64,000 nt of DNA from Octopus vulgaris (GCA_951406725.2 OX597826.1:14942001-15006000); one strand, 5' to 3'; shown: positions 12,601-23,860, numbered from the stretch's first letter. Notes: generated by a model from the sequence alone, not told the origin. Numbers and translations are program-made.

Positions 12601-13117
12601 GTAGGTTGGCGAGGCTCTTGCACCCTCCCCCTCTCCTATCAGACGCTCCCCTGCCCACCCGATCGAAACGTTCGTCTAAGACAGCGTTCCAATCCCCAAC
12701 TAGTACTAGAGTGCGTGACGTTCCCAGGAAAACTTCCAGACGTTTGAAATAATCCGACTGCCCTGCTCCTGTCGGAGCGTAGGCAGCCAGCAGTCTGAAA
12801 GCACCGCCGTCACTACCGTCGACGTCGAGGACCACCAACTTACCTTCCGGATCCAAGAAGACTGTCCTTATTTTCAGGTCCAGGCCCTTCCGAAACAACA
12901 CCGCAGTACCACCACCGCCTGCTCCCGGCCGACACGGAGATAGAAATATCTCGTATCCGCCGAAAAGGGCTGCGAGTTCCTGCGGGTCGGAGAGCCTGGT
13001 TTCACTGATGGCTGCTACATCCACATCATGAAACCTCAGGTCGTTTAACAGGTGACCCTGTTTCCAAGGTGACCCGAGGCCTCTCACATTCAAGCAACCG
13101 ATTCTAAGATTTGCCAT
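9683..13117 (-). CDS. LINE ORF2 (APE endonuclease + reverse transcriptase + C-terminal zinc finger), intact, 1144 aa
   Basis: APE motifs LNVRGL, ISET, GDWN, SYLDR, TDH; RT motifs SPGLDG, DQSKAFDRV, SVRQGCPLS, YADD; C-terminal CPRC..ETVLHALVQC. Confidence 0.95.
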   Translation of the reverse strand: MANLRIGCLNVRGLGSPWKQGHLLNDLRFHDVDVAAISETRLSDPQELAALFGGYEIFLSPCRPGAGGGGTAVLFRKGLDLKIRTVFLDPEGKLVVLDVDGSDGGAFRLLAAYAPTGAGQSDYFKRLEVFLGTSRTLVLVGDWNAVLDERFDRVGRGASDRRGGGCKSLANLLGRFQLSDRFRLDNPNVPMWTWTNRIGSSRSYLDRVFCRPADKDSVGCPQFHLVEYTDHKLVICTVDLDRLHRQGPGYWKLNASLTACKAYRDRISLLVKRALTGAIINNNWWFALKRAIRVESIRYSKTLAIERRKRERDLVKKLDEALDTGIATDVLAARLALDQHFDAKHEGCVVRAKARSLSGEGTRAARWARVAEAKRGNRATIRSLVDQNGREVTQPKQMCTVLQRHFAQLFGTSGGTDTNGTDFGVYLDGLPQLSDSEAECCEGPISAWEVQEAMKSCTRGRSPGLDGLPYELYFSMPDLFADLLANVYCNWQQNGRIPAFVCRGVVALLKKDPNKGDVIGNFRPITLLNAELKILAKVLAKRLALVVDKLVGKTQTCAVPTRSIHDNLHVMRYIIERVGNDAGAGGALINLDQSKAFDRVDHRYLAAVLKAAGFGPVFRGWIAALYSNICSVIRVNGHLSEPFDISRSVRQGCPLSSLLYILTLEPLLRKLEALRGIPRDLGGGNSVSAYADDVTVVVSSHRHIGLIGETLNQYEAVTGANINAEKSVGLQLGTWRGKPMPSNSVVGRWTDGPVKLLGVWFGPDLQVDKNWEEVTSRVARLTQKWAERKLSLKGRAEVANAYIASVIYYRLTVVPCPDRWLAKLVRLLFDFLWKGQVPLVRRSICCQRPLNGGLGMPWLLLRRHALRLRHLKRFLDGEQVWSSFVRRDFPQLVSLTELQTWIKRRPRKGAWHLECRQALSALRQAGNAVGYSSTLAFYRGLVEEKCDDVLGETLGVEDDELSGLFGRTFGPGPMDNFQRSLAWQCYRGALPVRDKLYRHGSAVSRACPRCCQDDETVLHALVQCPSIAEIWVYVEQLLSRVGRIRLSAESIVKIAPPTSFNKEGEAVFLCLVAVAKEVVWWTRLKGLKTDTFLFGQGLINIFKFHLKRKMRLERKVLSGSKFYERWVNCARLACINGPVLRFRL

Positions 13118-13157
13118 GTTTCAAAAGTTAGGGGGAAAAAAAGGAGAAAAAAAGGCT

Positions 13158-13980
13158 CTACTTACTGTTGTTGGTGGTGGGGGTGGCTCCCTTGTGCTTT
13201 TGCACGGGTGCTTCAATAATATTTTTGTAAAGTTTCTGAGAGAAACTTTTCCCTAACGATCCCACATCGTTAGGGAATATTTGTTTTATTTCGTTGTAAA
13301 CTGTTTTGTTTATTTTTATTGTGAGAATGTGTGCTGGTGGTGTGTTGTGTGTAGGTATTATGAAATCTGTAATGTTTGTGCTTGTTTTGTTTTTCAAATA
13401 CTCAACCAGTTCCTGGTTTCTTGTATTCACTGCTGTAATCGTGTCTGTAATTGTGTCTGTGTTTGTTTGTGTCTGTGGTAGTGGCAGTAGTGGTGTCGAA
13501 AGTGTTGTTGTTGTTGTTTGCTGTTGTGAGTGTGTGTTGTTGTTAATGTTGTTGTTGTTGTTGGGAAGTACTATTTGTTCGTGCTTCCCCTGTAAATCTT
13601 TTTGTTTTTTCCTCCTTTTCTTTTTTGGAGGCACTATGTTCCATTCTCCTTTGTTGGAATCAGAGCTCGCACAATCCGAGATCTCTTCATCCGGCAAAGG
13701 AATGGTTGAGGGGTCTGCTTCAGTAGCAGGACGAAAAGTTTTTGGTTCCGCCGGTATCGGTGGTGCCGCTGCTCCTGTTACTGTTGATGTCGCTGCTGTC
13801 GACCTTCGAGGTACTGGTGTCGGTGTTGGTTTGGTGGTGGTTGTCGGTGTTGGTTTGGTGGTGGTTGTTGTTGTTGGAGGTGGTGTTGTTCGTCTTGGTG
13901 CTGGTGTTGGTGATGGTGTTGGTGGTGTGGCAGCCTTTGGTGTTTCTTGCTGTTTTTGTTGTTTCTGTTGTTGTTGCTTG

Positions 13981-14014
<34 letters not shown>

Positions 14015-15047
14015 GCTGCTGCCTCTTGCTATACTCCTCCATTCTCTTTTTTTGAATGGGGCAGTCCCTTTTCAGGTGGCTTTCGCTACTGCAGAGGAAA
14101 CATTTTGGCTTTCGCCCCTCTACAATAACATTTAGCCTGGTCCCATCCAGCAAGATGACAAAGTCAGGTATGGCATTGATGTTTTCCTGCTGGATCTGTA
14201 CCAGCAGTTGAATACCCATGCCTGACCAGTTCTTTTCTCGTACCCTCCGAACATTCAGAATAGTGGCAGTGTCCTCTATGCCATAGAGGACAGCCGCCAC
14301 TAGCCATGAGATTTTCTGTTCGGGGGGTATTGTGCTTATAGTTATTTTTTGTACCTTACGCCCGAGGTACGTCGGGACGAGGAACAAATGTTCATTTTGC
14401 AAGGGCGAAATGGCGTTCGCCCTTGCAAGCTCCTCTGTTGGGAAGCGAACCTCCACGGTTCCAAATCGCTTCCCTCTTGTCACATAGCTCTTCTGGCCCC
14501 CAAATGGGCTTCAGAGCCATCTCCAACTGTTGTGGTGTGGCGTTAAACAATCTTTTAGTTTTCTTTTCGAAGACTTTATAAAAGATTGTTCTTTTGTTTG
14601 TCTCTTGTGTGAGTTGTTGAGGTGTGTTGAGGAAAACACTGTTCCCCTCCTTTCTCAACAAATCTTGTGCCATTTTTATGTCCTCCATTGTAATTTCTAC
14701 ATCTTCCGAAATTTGCTTCGCAGCAGAAGCAAAATCGTTAGAAGCTTTTACAGTTTTTTGTTGGTTCTTGTCTGTGTTTGTGTCTGTTATAAGTTTCTTT
14801 ACCTCCCCTTCGGTACAGCATCACTTGTTGAAGGCAGAGGGGGGAAATCAAGAGTGACGTCGAACGCGACGTCCTGGCTTGCATTCTCCTTTTGAACCGA
14901 GCGCGTGCTCTCCGGTTCGGAAGGAGGATCTTTGTTGCCTTTTACGGCTTGAAATGGGTTGTACGTAACCCGTGACGTTGCCTTTTGTTCTTGTGGAGGG
15001 GGTGTTGCAAGAAGGAGGGAAGAGCCAGCAGCTCGTTTCAAAGCCAT
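13158..15047 (-). CDS. LINE ORF1 (zinc knuckle, polyQ, Pro/Thr-rich), split by two single-base homopolymer indels in this assembly
   Basis: Pieces 14799-15146, 14392-14688 and 13158-14483 join into one frame by comparison with copy B; CFLCSSESHLKRDC knuckle; likely start MALKRAAG. Confidence 0.85.
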
Positions 15048-15567
15048 TTTGTAATTATGTGTGTGCAAAAATGTCAATTTCAAAATAAAAAACAGCAATT
15101 TCACCCCGAAGGGGCAAAATTTTCGCCCAACCGACGAGCTCCGCAAGAAGCCGGTCCTTTTGGCTACAAAATATTAAAAAATATTCAAGCTTATCAAAAA
15201 ATTTCCAATAAAATTGGCACAAAACTCACAGAGCTGATTCACGTACGTCCATCGGCGTCGGAAGGAATAATATAATAATAATAATAATCAATTTTTTTTT
15301 ATTGGCCACAAGGGCTGACACGCATGATTACATAAAGGGACAAGACAGGACGAAAGGTTACAAAGGGTTTTGTCCGTTTGTTAAAAAATCCGTGTAAAAA
15401 ACTTTAAAACAATGATTATTAAAACAATGAAAAACTCCCAAAAGGGGGAGACGTTTCGAAAGGTTCCTGGTGAAAAAACCCTACAAAAGCCAACGGGAGC
15501 CTGGTCAAAAAAAGGGGGTGTAGAGAGTCCCCTTTCTTCTCCTTTTACATTACCTTTTTCTTTGAAA

Positions 15568-18500
15568 TCACAGGCGAAACCTGAGAACTGGTCCATTTAT
15601 ACAGGCCAGTCTCGCACAATTCACCCACCTTTCATAAAACTTGCTATCGGACAGCACTTTCCTTTCTAACCTCATCTTCCTTTTCAAGTGAAACTTGAAA
15701 AAGTTGATGAGGCCTTGACCAAAGAGGAAAGTGTCTGACTTTAGCCCTTTCAAACGAGTCCACCACACAACTTCTTTCGCCACAGCCACAAGGCACAAGA
15801 AAACGGCCTCGCCCTCCTTGTTAAAGGAGGTCGGCGGGGCAATCTTCACTATGGATTCGGCCGATAGTCGGATCCGTCCTACACGTGACAGTAGCTGTTC
15901 GACATAAACCCATATTTCAGCAATACTCGGGCACTGAACGAGTGCGTGCAGAACGGTTTCATCGTCCTGGCAACACCTCGGGCAGGCCCGGCTGACGGCA
16001 CTTCCGTGCCGGTAGAGTTTATCTCGAACAGGCAGAGCCCCTCGGTAGCACTGCCAAGCGAGAGACCTCTGGAAATTATCCATCGGCCCCGGCCCGAAAG
16101 TCCTCCCGAACAGACCGCACAGTTCGTCGTCTTCAACGCCTAGAGTTTCCCCGAGATCGTCGTCGCATTTTTCCTCCACTAACCCTCTATAGAACGCTAG
16201 AGTGGAGCTGTAACCGACCGCATTGCCCGCCTGGTGGAGGGCGGAGAGGGCTTGACGGCACTCGAGGTGCCAAGCGCCCTTTCTCGGTCTACGTTTGATC
16301 CAGGTCTGCAGCTCCGTCAAAGAGACGAGCTGCGGAAAATCGCGTCTGACAAAAGACGACCACACCTGTTCACCGTCTAGGAAGCGCTTGAGATGCCGCA
16401 GCCTGAGCACATGTCTGCGCAACAGCAACCACGGCATTCCAAGGCCTCCGTTCAGCGGTCGTTGACAGCAGATGGATCGCCTGACCAGTGGCACCTGACC
16501 CTTCCACAAAAAGTCGAAGAGCAGGCGTACCAGCTTGGCCAACCAGCGGTCGGGACAAGGGACGACGGTCAAGCGGTAATAGATGACGGATGCGATGTAC
16601 GCATTCGCCACCTCCGCTCGACCTTTCAGGGACAGCTTCCTCTCGGCCCATTTCTGGGTGAGACGTGCCACCCTGCTCGTCACCTCTTCCCAGTTCTTAT
16701 CCACCTGGAGGTCCGGACCGAACCAGACCCCGAGCAGTTTAACGGGTCCGTCTGTCCAGCGCCCTACGACGCTGTTGGACGGCATGGGCTTGCCTCTCCA
16801 GGTGCCCAGTTGCAAGCCCACAGACTTTTCCGCGTTAATCTTTGCCCCTGTCACCGCTTCGTACTGGTTTAGCGTCTCGCCAATCAGGCCAATGTGCCTG
16901 TGGCTCGACACCACCACGGTGACGTCGTCGGCATAAGCAGACACGCTGTTTCCGCCTCCTAGATCGCGCGGGATGCCCCTCAAAGCCTCCAACTTGCGCA
17001 GTAATGGCTCGAGAGTCAAAATGTACAAGAGGGAGGAGAGAGGGCATCCTTGGCGGACCGAACGCGAGATGTCGAACGGTTCCGAAAGGTGACCGTTCAT
17101 CCGTATCACCGAGCAGATGTTGCTGTATAAAGCAGCGATCCACCCGCGGAAGACTGGACCGAAGCCGGCTGCCTTGAGGACAGCTGCCAGGTACCGATGG
17201 TCGACCCTATCGAAGGCTTTACTCTGATCCAAGTTGATCAAAGCCCCACCCGCGCCAGCGTCGTTACCCACCCTCTCTATGATGTAGCGCATGAGATGGA
17301 GGTTGTCGTGTATCGACCTGGTCGGCACGGCGCATGTCTGCGTCCCGCCGACCAGCTTGTCCACGACAAGCGCCAATCTCTTGGCTAGCACCTTGGCCAA
17401 AATCTTCAACTCTGCATTGAGCAGAGTGATGGGCCGGAAATTCCCTATAACGTCCCCCTTGTTTGGGTCCTTCTTTAGCAAAGCCACCACCCCTCGACAG
17501 ACAAAAGCAGGAATTCTCCCGTTTTGCTGCCAGTTGCAGTAAACGTTTGCCAACAGGTCCGCAAACAAGTCTGGCATTGAAAAGTAAAGCTCGTAGGGCA
17601 GACCATCCAAACCCGGCGATCTACCTCTCGTGCAACTCTTCATCGCTTCCTGTACTTCCCAGGCAGATATCGGTCCTTCGCAGCACTCCGCCTCGCTGTC
17701 CGAGAGTTGCGGCAGTCCGTCCAGGTACACACCGAAGTCTGTACCGTTGGTGTCCGTTCCACCGCTCGTCCCAAACAGTTGAGCAAAGTGCCGCTGAAGC
17801 ACCGTACACATCTGCTTCGGTTGGGTAACCTCGCGCCCGTTCTGGTCCACCAAAGACCGAATGGTTGCTTTGTTGCCTCGCTTCGCCTCCGCCACGCGGG
17901 CCCATCGAGCGGCTCTAGTCCCCTCCCCGCTTAGCGAACGTGCCTTAGCTCTGACAACGCAGCCTTCGTGTTTGGCGTCGAAGTGTTGGTCGAGGGCCAA
18001 CCTTGCCGCCAACACGTCGGTCGCGATGCCAGTGTCAAGAGCCTCGTCTAGTTTCTTAACTAAATCCCGCTCTCTCTTCCTACGTTCAATAGCTAGAGTC
18101 TTACTATACCTAATCGACTCTACTCTAATTGCTCTCTTGAGGGCAAACCACCAGTTGTTGTTGATGATTGCCCCCGTGAGCGCCCGCTTAACTAGTAAAC
18201 TAATCCGGTCTCTGTAAGCTTTGCACGCCGTTAACGACGCGTTCAGCTTCCAGTAGCCGGGTCCCTGTCTATGTAGCCTATCTAAGTCGACCGTACAGAT
18301 CACTAATTTGTGGTCCGTATATTCGACTAGGTGGAATTGTGGACACCCTACGCTGTCCTTATCCGCTGGCCTACAAAACACTCTATCTAAGTACGATCTA
18401 GACGACCCGATGCGGTTTGTCCAAGTCCACATTGGCACATTCGGGTTGTCTAGTCGAAACCTGTCGGACAGCTGAAAGCGGCCGAGTAGGTTGGCGAGGC

Positions 18501-19001
18501 TCTTGCACCCTCCCCTCTCCTATCAGACGCTCCCCTGCCCACCCGATCGAAACGTTCGTCTAAGACAGCGTTCCAATCCCCAACTAGTACTAGAGTGCGT
18601 GACGTTCCCAGGAAAACTTCCAGACGTTTGAAATAATCCGACTGCCCTGCTCCTGTCGGAGCGTAGGCAGCCAGCAGTCTGAAAGCACCGCCGTCACTAC
18701 CGTCGACGTCGAGGACCACCAACTTACCTTCCGGATCCAAGAAGACTGTCCTTATTTTCAGGTCCAGGCCCTTCCGAAACAACACCGCAGTACCACCACC
18801 GCCCGCTCCCGGCCGACACGGAGATAGAAATATCTCGTATCCGCCGAAAAGGGCTGCGAGTTCCTGCGGGTCGGAGAGCCTGGTTTCACTGATGGCTGCT
18901 ACATCCACATCATGAAACCTCAGGTCGTTTAACAGGTGACCCTGTTTCCAAGGTGACCCGAGGCCTCTCACATTCAAGCAACCGATTCTAAGATTTGCCA
19001 T
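15568..19001 (-). CDS. LINE ORF2, copy B, one single-base frameshift near 18512
   Basis: ORFs 18450-19001 and 15568-18438 together match copy A ORF2; plus strand CCCTCCCCTCTCC versus CCCTCCCCCTCTCC in A. Confidence 0.9.
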
Positions 19002-19042
19002 ATTTCAAAAGTTAGGGGGAAAAAAAAAGGAGAAAAAAGGCT

Positions 19043-19850
19043 CTACTTACTGTTGTTGGTGGTGGGGGTGGCTCCCTTGTGCTTTTGCACGGGTGCTTCC
19101 ACAATGTTTTTGTAAAGTTTCTTCGAGAAACTTTTCCCTAGCGATCCCACATCGTTAGGGAATATTTGTTTGATTTCATCATATGTTTTTGCATTTATTT
19201 TTATTGTGAGAATGTGTGCTGGTTGTGTGTTTTGTGTTGGTATGATGAAATCGGTTATATTTGTACTAGTTTTGTTTTTTAAGTACTCCACTAGTTTTTG
19301 GTTCTTTGTGTTTATTGATGTAATTGTGTCTGTGTGTGTTTGTGTGTGTGGCAGTGGCAGTAGTGGTGTCGAAAGTGTTGTTGTTGTTGTTTGTTGTTGT
19401 GAGTGTGTGTTGTTGTTGTTGTTGTTGTTGATGTTGGGAAGCACTATTTGTTCGTGCTTCCCCTGTAAATCTTTTTGTTTCTTCCTCCTTTTCTTCTTTG
19501 GAGGCACTATACTCCATTCTCCTTTGTTGGAATCAGAGCTCGCACAATCCGACTCTTCATCCGGCAAAGGAATGGTTGAGGGGTCTGCTTCAGTAGCAGG
19601 ACGAAAAGTTTCTGGTTCCACCGGTATCGGTGGTGCCGCTGCTCCTGTTACTGTTGATGTCGCTGCTGTCGACCTTCGAGGTACTGGTGTCGGTGTTGGT
19701 TTGGTGGTGGTTGTCGGTGTTGGTTTGGTGGTGGTTGTTGTTGTTGGAGGTGGTGTTGTTCGTCTTGGTGCTGGTGTTGGTGATTGTGTTGGTGGTGTGG
19801 CAGTCTTTGGTTTTTCTTGCTGTTTTTGTTGTTTCTGTTGTTGTTGCTTG

Positions 19851-19884
<34 letters not shown>

Positions 19885-20919
19885 GCTGCTGCCTCTTGCT
19901 ATACTCCTCCATTCTCTTTTTTTGAATGGGGCAGTCCCTTTTTAGGTGGCTTTCGCTACTGCAGAGGAAACATTTTGGCTTTCGCCCTCTACAATAACAT
20001 TTAGCCTGGTCCCATCCAGCAAGATGACAAAGTCAGGTATGGCATTGATGTTTTCCTGCTGGATCTGTACCAGCAGTTGAATACCCATGCCTGACCAGTT
20101 CTTTTCTCGTACCCTCCGAACATTCAGAATAGTGGCAGTGTTCTCTATGCCATAGAGGACAGCCGCCACTAGCCATGAGATTTTCTGTTCGGGGGGTATT
20201 GTGCTTATAGTTATTTTTTGTACCTTACGCCCGAGGTACGTCGGGACGAGGAACAAATGTTCATTTTGCAAGGGCGAAATGGCGTTCGCCCTTGCAAGCT
20301 CCTCTGTTGGGAAGCGAACCTCCACGGTTCCAAATCGCTTCCCTCTTGTCACATAGCTCTTCTGGCCCCAAATGGGCTTCAGAGCCATCTCCAACTGTTG
20401 TGGTGTGGCGTTAAACAATCTTTTAGTTTTCTTTTCGAAGACTTTATAAAAGATTGTTCTTTTGCTTGTCTCTTGTGTGAGTTGTTGAGGTGTGTTGAGG
20501 AAAACACTGTTCCCCTCCTTTCTCAACAAATCTTGTGCCATTTTTATGTCCTCCATTGTAATTTCTACATCTTCCGAAATTTGCTTCGCAGCAGAAGCAA
20601 AATCGTTAGAAGCTTTTACAGTTTTTTGTTGGTTCTTGTCTGTGTTTGTGTCTGTTATAATTTTCTTTACCTCCCCCTTCGGTACAGCATCACTTGTTGA
20701 AGGCAGAGGGGGGAAATCAAGAGTGACGTCGAACGCGACGTCCTGGCATGCATTCTCCTTTTGAACCGAGCGCGTGCTCTCCGGTTCGGAAGGAGGAGCT
20801 TTGTTGCCTTTTACGGCCTGAAATGGGTTGTACGTAACCCGTGACGTTATTTTTTTTTGTTCTTGTAGGGGGGGTGTTGCAAGAAGGAGGGAAGAGCCAG
20901 CAGCTCGTTTTAGTGCCAT
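19043..20919 (-). CDS. LINE ORF1, copy B, one single-base frameshift near 19986
   Basis: ORFs 19942-21018 and 19043-19912; plus strand TTCGCCCTCT versus TTCGCCCCTCT in A. Confidence 0.85.
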
Positions 20920-21153
20920 TTTGTAATGTGTGTGTGCAAAAAATGTCAATTTCAAAAGGATAAACAGTAATTTCACCCCGAATGGGGCAAAATTTCGCCC
21001 AACCGACGAGCTCCGCAAGAAGCCGGTCGGTTTGGCTACAAAAATATTTAAAAATATTCAAACTTATCAAATGATTTCCAATGAAATTGGTGTCAAATTC
21101 ACGGAGCTGATTCACGTACGTCCATCGGCGTCGGAAGGAATAATAATAATAAT

Positions 21154-22078
21154 CAATTCTTTTTATTGGCCACAAGGGCTGACACGCATGATTACATAAA
21201 GGGACAAGACAGGACGAAAGGTTACAAAGGGTTTTGCCGTTTTTTTAAAAACATCGAGTAAAAATCTTTATAACAACTTATAAAATTCAACAATGAAAAA
21301 CTCCCAAAAGGGGGAGACGTCTCGAAATGACCCGGTGGAAAAAACCCTACAAAAGCCAACGGGAGCCTGGTCAAAAAGGGGTGTAGAGAGTCCCCTTTCT
21401 TCTCCTTTTACATTACCTTTTTCTTTGAAATCACAGGCGAAACCTGAGAACTGGTCCATTTATACAGGCCAGTCTCGCACAATTCACCCACCTTTCATAA
21501 AACTTGCTATCGGACAGCACTTTCCTCTCTAACCTCATCTTCCTTTTCAGGTGAAACTTGAAAAAGTTGATGAGGCCTTGACCAAAGAGGAAAGTGTCTG
21601 TCTTTAGCCCTTTCAAACGAGTCCACCACACGACCTCTTTCGCCACAGCCACTAGGCACAAGAAAACGGCCTCGCCCTCCTTGTTAAAGGAGGTCGGCGG
21701 GGCAATCTTCACTATGGATTCGGCCGATAGTCGGATCCGTCCTACACGTGACAGTAGCTGTTCGACATAAACCCATATTTCAGCAATACTCGGGCACTGA
21801 ACGAGTGCGTGCAGAACGGTTTCATCGTCCTGGCAACACCTCGGGCAGGCCCGGCTGACGGCACTTCCGTGCCGGTAGAGTTTATCTCGAACAGGCAGAG
21901 CCTCTCGGTAGCACTGCCAAGCGAGAGACCTCTGGAAATTATCCATCGGCCCCGGCCCGAAAGTCCTCCTTTTTGGCTACAAAAATATTAAAAAATATTC
22001 AAACTTATCAAATGAATTCCAATGAAATTGGTGTCAAATTCACGGAGCTGATTCACGTACGTCCATCGGCGTCGGAAG

Positions 22079-22079
<1 letters not shown>
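21154..22079 (-). mobile_element. Internally deleted copy C of the same LINE (both termini retained)
   Basis: About 110 bp of the 5' end joined near 21968 to the last ~815 bp (ORF2 C-terminus 21431-21946 plus 3'UTR); (AAT)n on both sides. Confidence 0.9.
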
Positions 22080-22110
<31 letters not shown>

Positions 22111-22770
22111 GTCTTGGTATAAAAGATGGGCTACAGCAAATATTCTGCTCAATACCACAGATTTGCTTGTCAGTTGTTTGACCGTAACCAGTTGAGCATG
22201 TCCTTTAGTGGCTGACGATATGTGCATCTCTGATCATGAGCAGAAGTAGGGGGGAGCATCATAGCCATGTGTTGAGAGGGATTCTTTGGGGTTTGAATGA
22301 TTCACCTCTGGTAACATGGGTGTTTTGTTCAACATCCTTAAACAACCCTGATTCAGGGACCCTAACCCTAACCCTCACTCACACATACTATTTACATTTC
22401 TCCCTCTATCGAAAAACGATGTGGCGAATGAGGAGATGGAGGAGGAGACATAAAGAGCCACGTTCTCACTTTCTATATCTCCCCTCTCACTCACTCATTG
22501 GCATCATGCACAGATGCATGTGTTTTTAGTCGAACAAAGGCGATGCTCCAGCATGGCTGCAGTCAAGTGACAGAAACAAGTAAAAGATATTGTTGACATT
22601 ATAAGAATTTATAATGAGAGAACGTGAAAACACTCCTTCTTGGAACTGGATCTCGAAGCACATATACAGCCATAAATAATTCTTTCTATTATAGGCGCAA
22701 TGTTTGAAATTTTAGAGGAGAGCTCAAATCAATTACATCGACTCCAATGATCGACAGGTACTTGTTAATC

Positions 22771-23001
22771 AGGGCGGTGAGCTGGCAGAAACGTTAGCAC
22801 GCTGGGCGAAATGCTTAGTGGTATTTCATCTGCCGTTACGTTCTGAGTTCAAATTCCGCCGAGGTCGACTTTGCCTTTCATCCTTTCGGGGTCGATAAAT
22901 TAAGTACTAGTGAAGCACTGGGGCCGATGTAATCGACTTAATCCGTTTGTCTGTCCTTGTTTGTCCCCTCTGTGTTTAGCCTCTTTAGGGTTAAAGAAAT
23001 A
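22771..23001 (+). mobile_element. SINE family 1 with 15-bp TSD, inserted in an older antisense SINE
   Basis: Flanking direct repeat AGGTACTTGTTAATC on both sides. Confidence 0.8.
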
Positions 23002-23069
23002 GGTACTTGTTAATCGACCCCGGAAGAACGAAAGGCAAAGTCAACTTCGACTGAATTTGTGTCGTGTGT

Positions 23070-23136
<67 letters not shown>

Positions 23137-23797
23137 CGTGTGTGTAAGCTAGCTAGATGAAAGAATGAGGTGCTTAGTGAAGTTATTTGTTGTGGATCAG
23201 CTCCAGATCATTCTCAGTGAAGCTTGTGATCCAGGTTAGGGATGTGCAAAGGGATCCACACTACCACCAAGATGATTAGGCTGTGGAACGATCTCGTGTA
23301 AGGGGACCTTATTTGATAGAGAATGTATGGTGCGTGAGTAGATTGTCAGGAGTCTGTGATCCCCCACTCAGGTTCGATTCTCAAACAGAAGCGTTTTACA
23401 AGATGTCATTTGTACTTCGAGAAAAGACAAACATCACAGTCGTCTACATGTCTACGTGAGTGTGAGGGAGAAACGGAGAGAGAGAACCCAAGTGCTCGCA
23501 TGCGTGTGTGTGTGCGCGCTGAATCGTCTCTCTCGTGAGATTCCATAGATGGCGGTTGTCTTTGAGGCGTTGAGACTGCGGTGGCAAACTTCAAACGAAA
23601 CAGCCTAGACTAGCAGCTCCGCTGCCTCCATGCGGTACATCGTTTAGCATTTAGTAAGCCGTTTGTCGTTACAGTTCATTGTTTTTGGTTCAACTTGAGG
23701 GAAACGAAGATGGCGCTCTAAATATTTATTTCAAATAGTCTGATCATAGACAGACAACACGTGAGGCATGCTTTTTGAGCAGCTCTTCTACATCTTG

Positions 23798-23860
<63 letters not shown>

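Larger units (their letters stand above)
9407..15265 (-). mobile_element. Full-length L1/Tx1-clade non-LTR retrotransposon, copy A
   Basis: 5' end CCTTCCGACGCCGATGGACG, ORF1, 40-bp spacer, intact ORF2, 3'UTR ending GCCAATAAAAAAGAATTG followed by (ATT)n. Confidence 0.95.
15289..21138 (-). mobile_element. Full-length L1/Tx1-clade retrotransposon, copy B
   Basis: Colinear with copy A and has the same termini; separated from A by an (AAT)-type spacer at 15266-15288. Confidence 0.95.

Noticed and set aside
13306-14055. ~250-aa antisense ORF opposite LINE ORF1 (also 19170-19925)
   Set aside because: Open in both copies but explained by the stop-poor reverse complement of Q/T/P-rich codons; no domain
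21960-21975. Copy C junction as a spliced LINE transcript
   Set aside because: No GT donor at the sense-strand breakpoint; microhomology fits better
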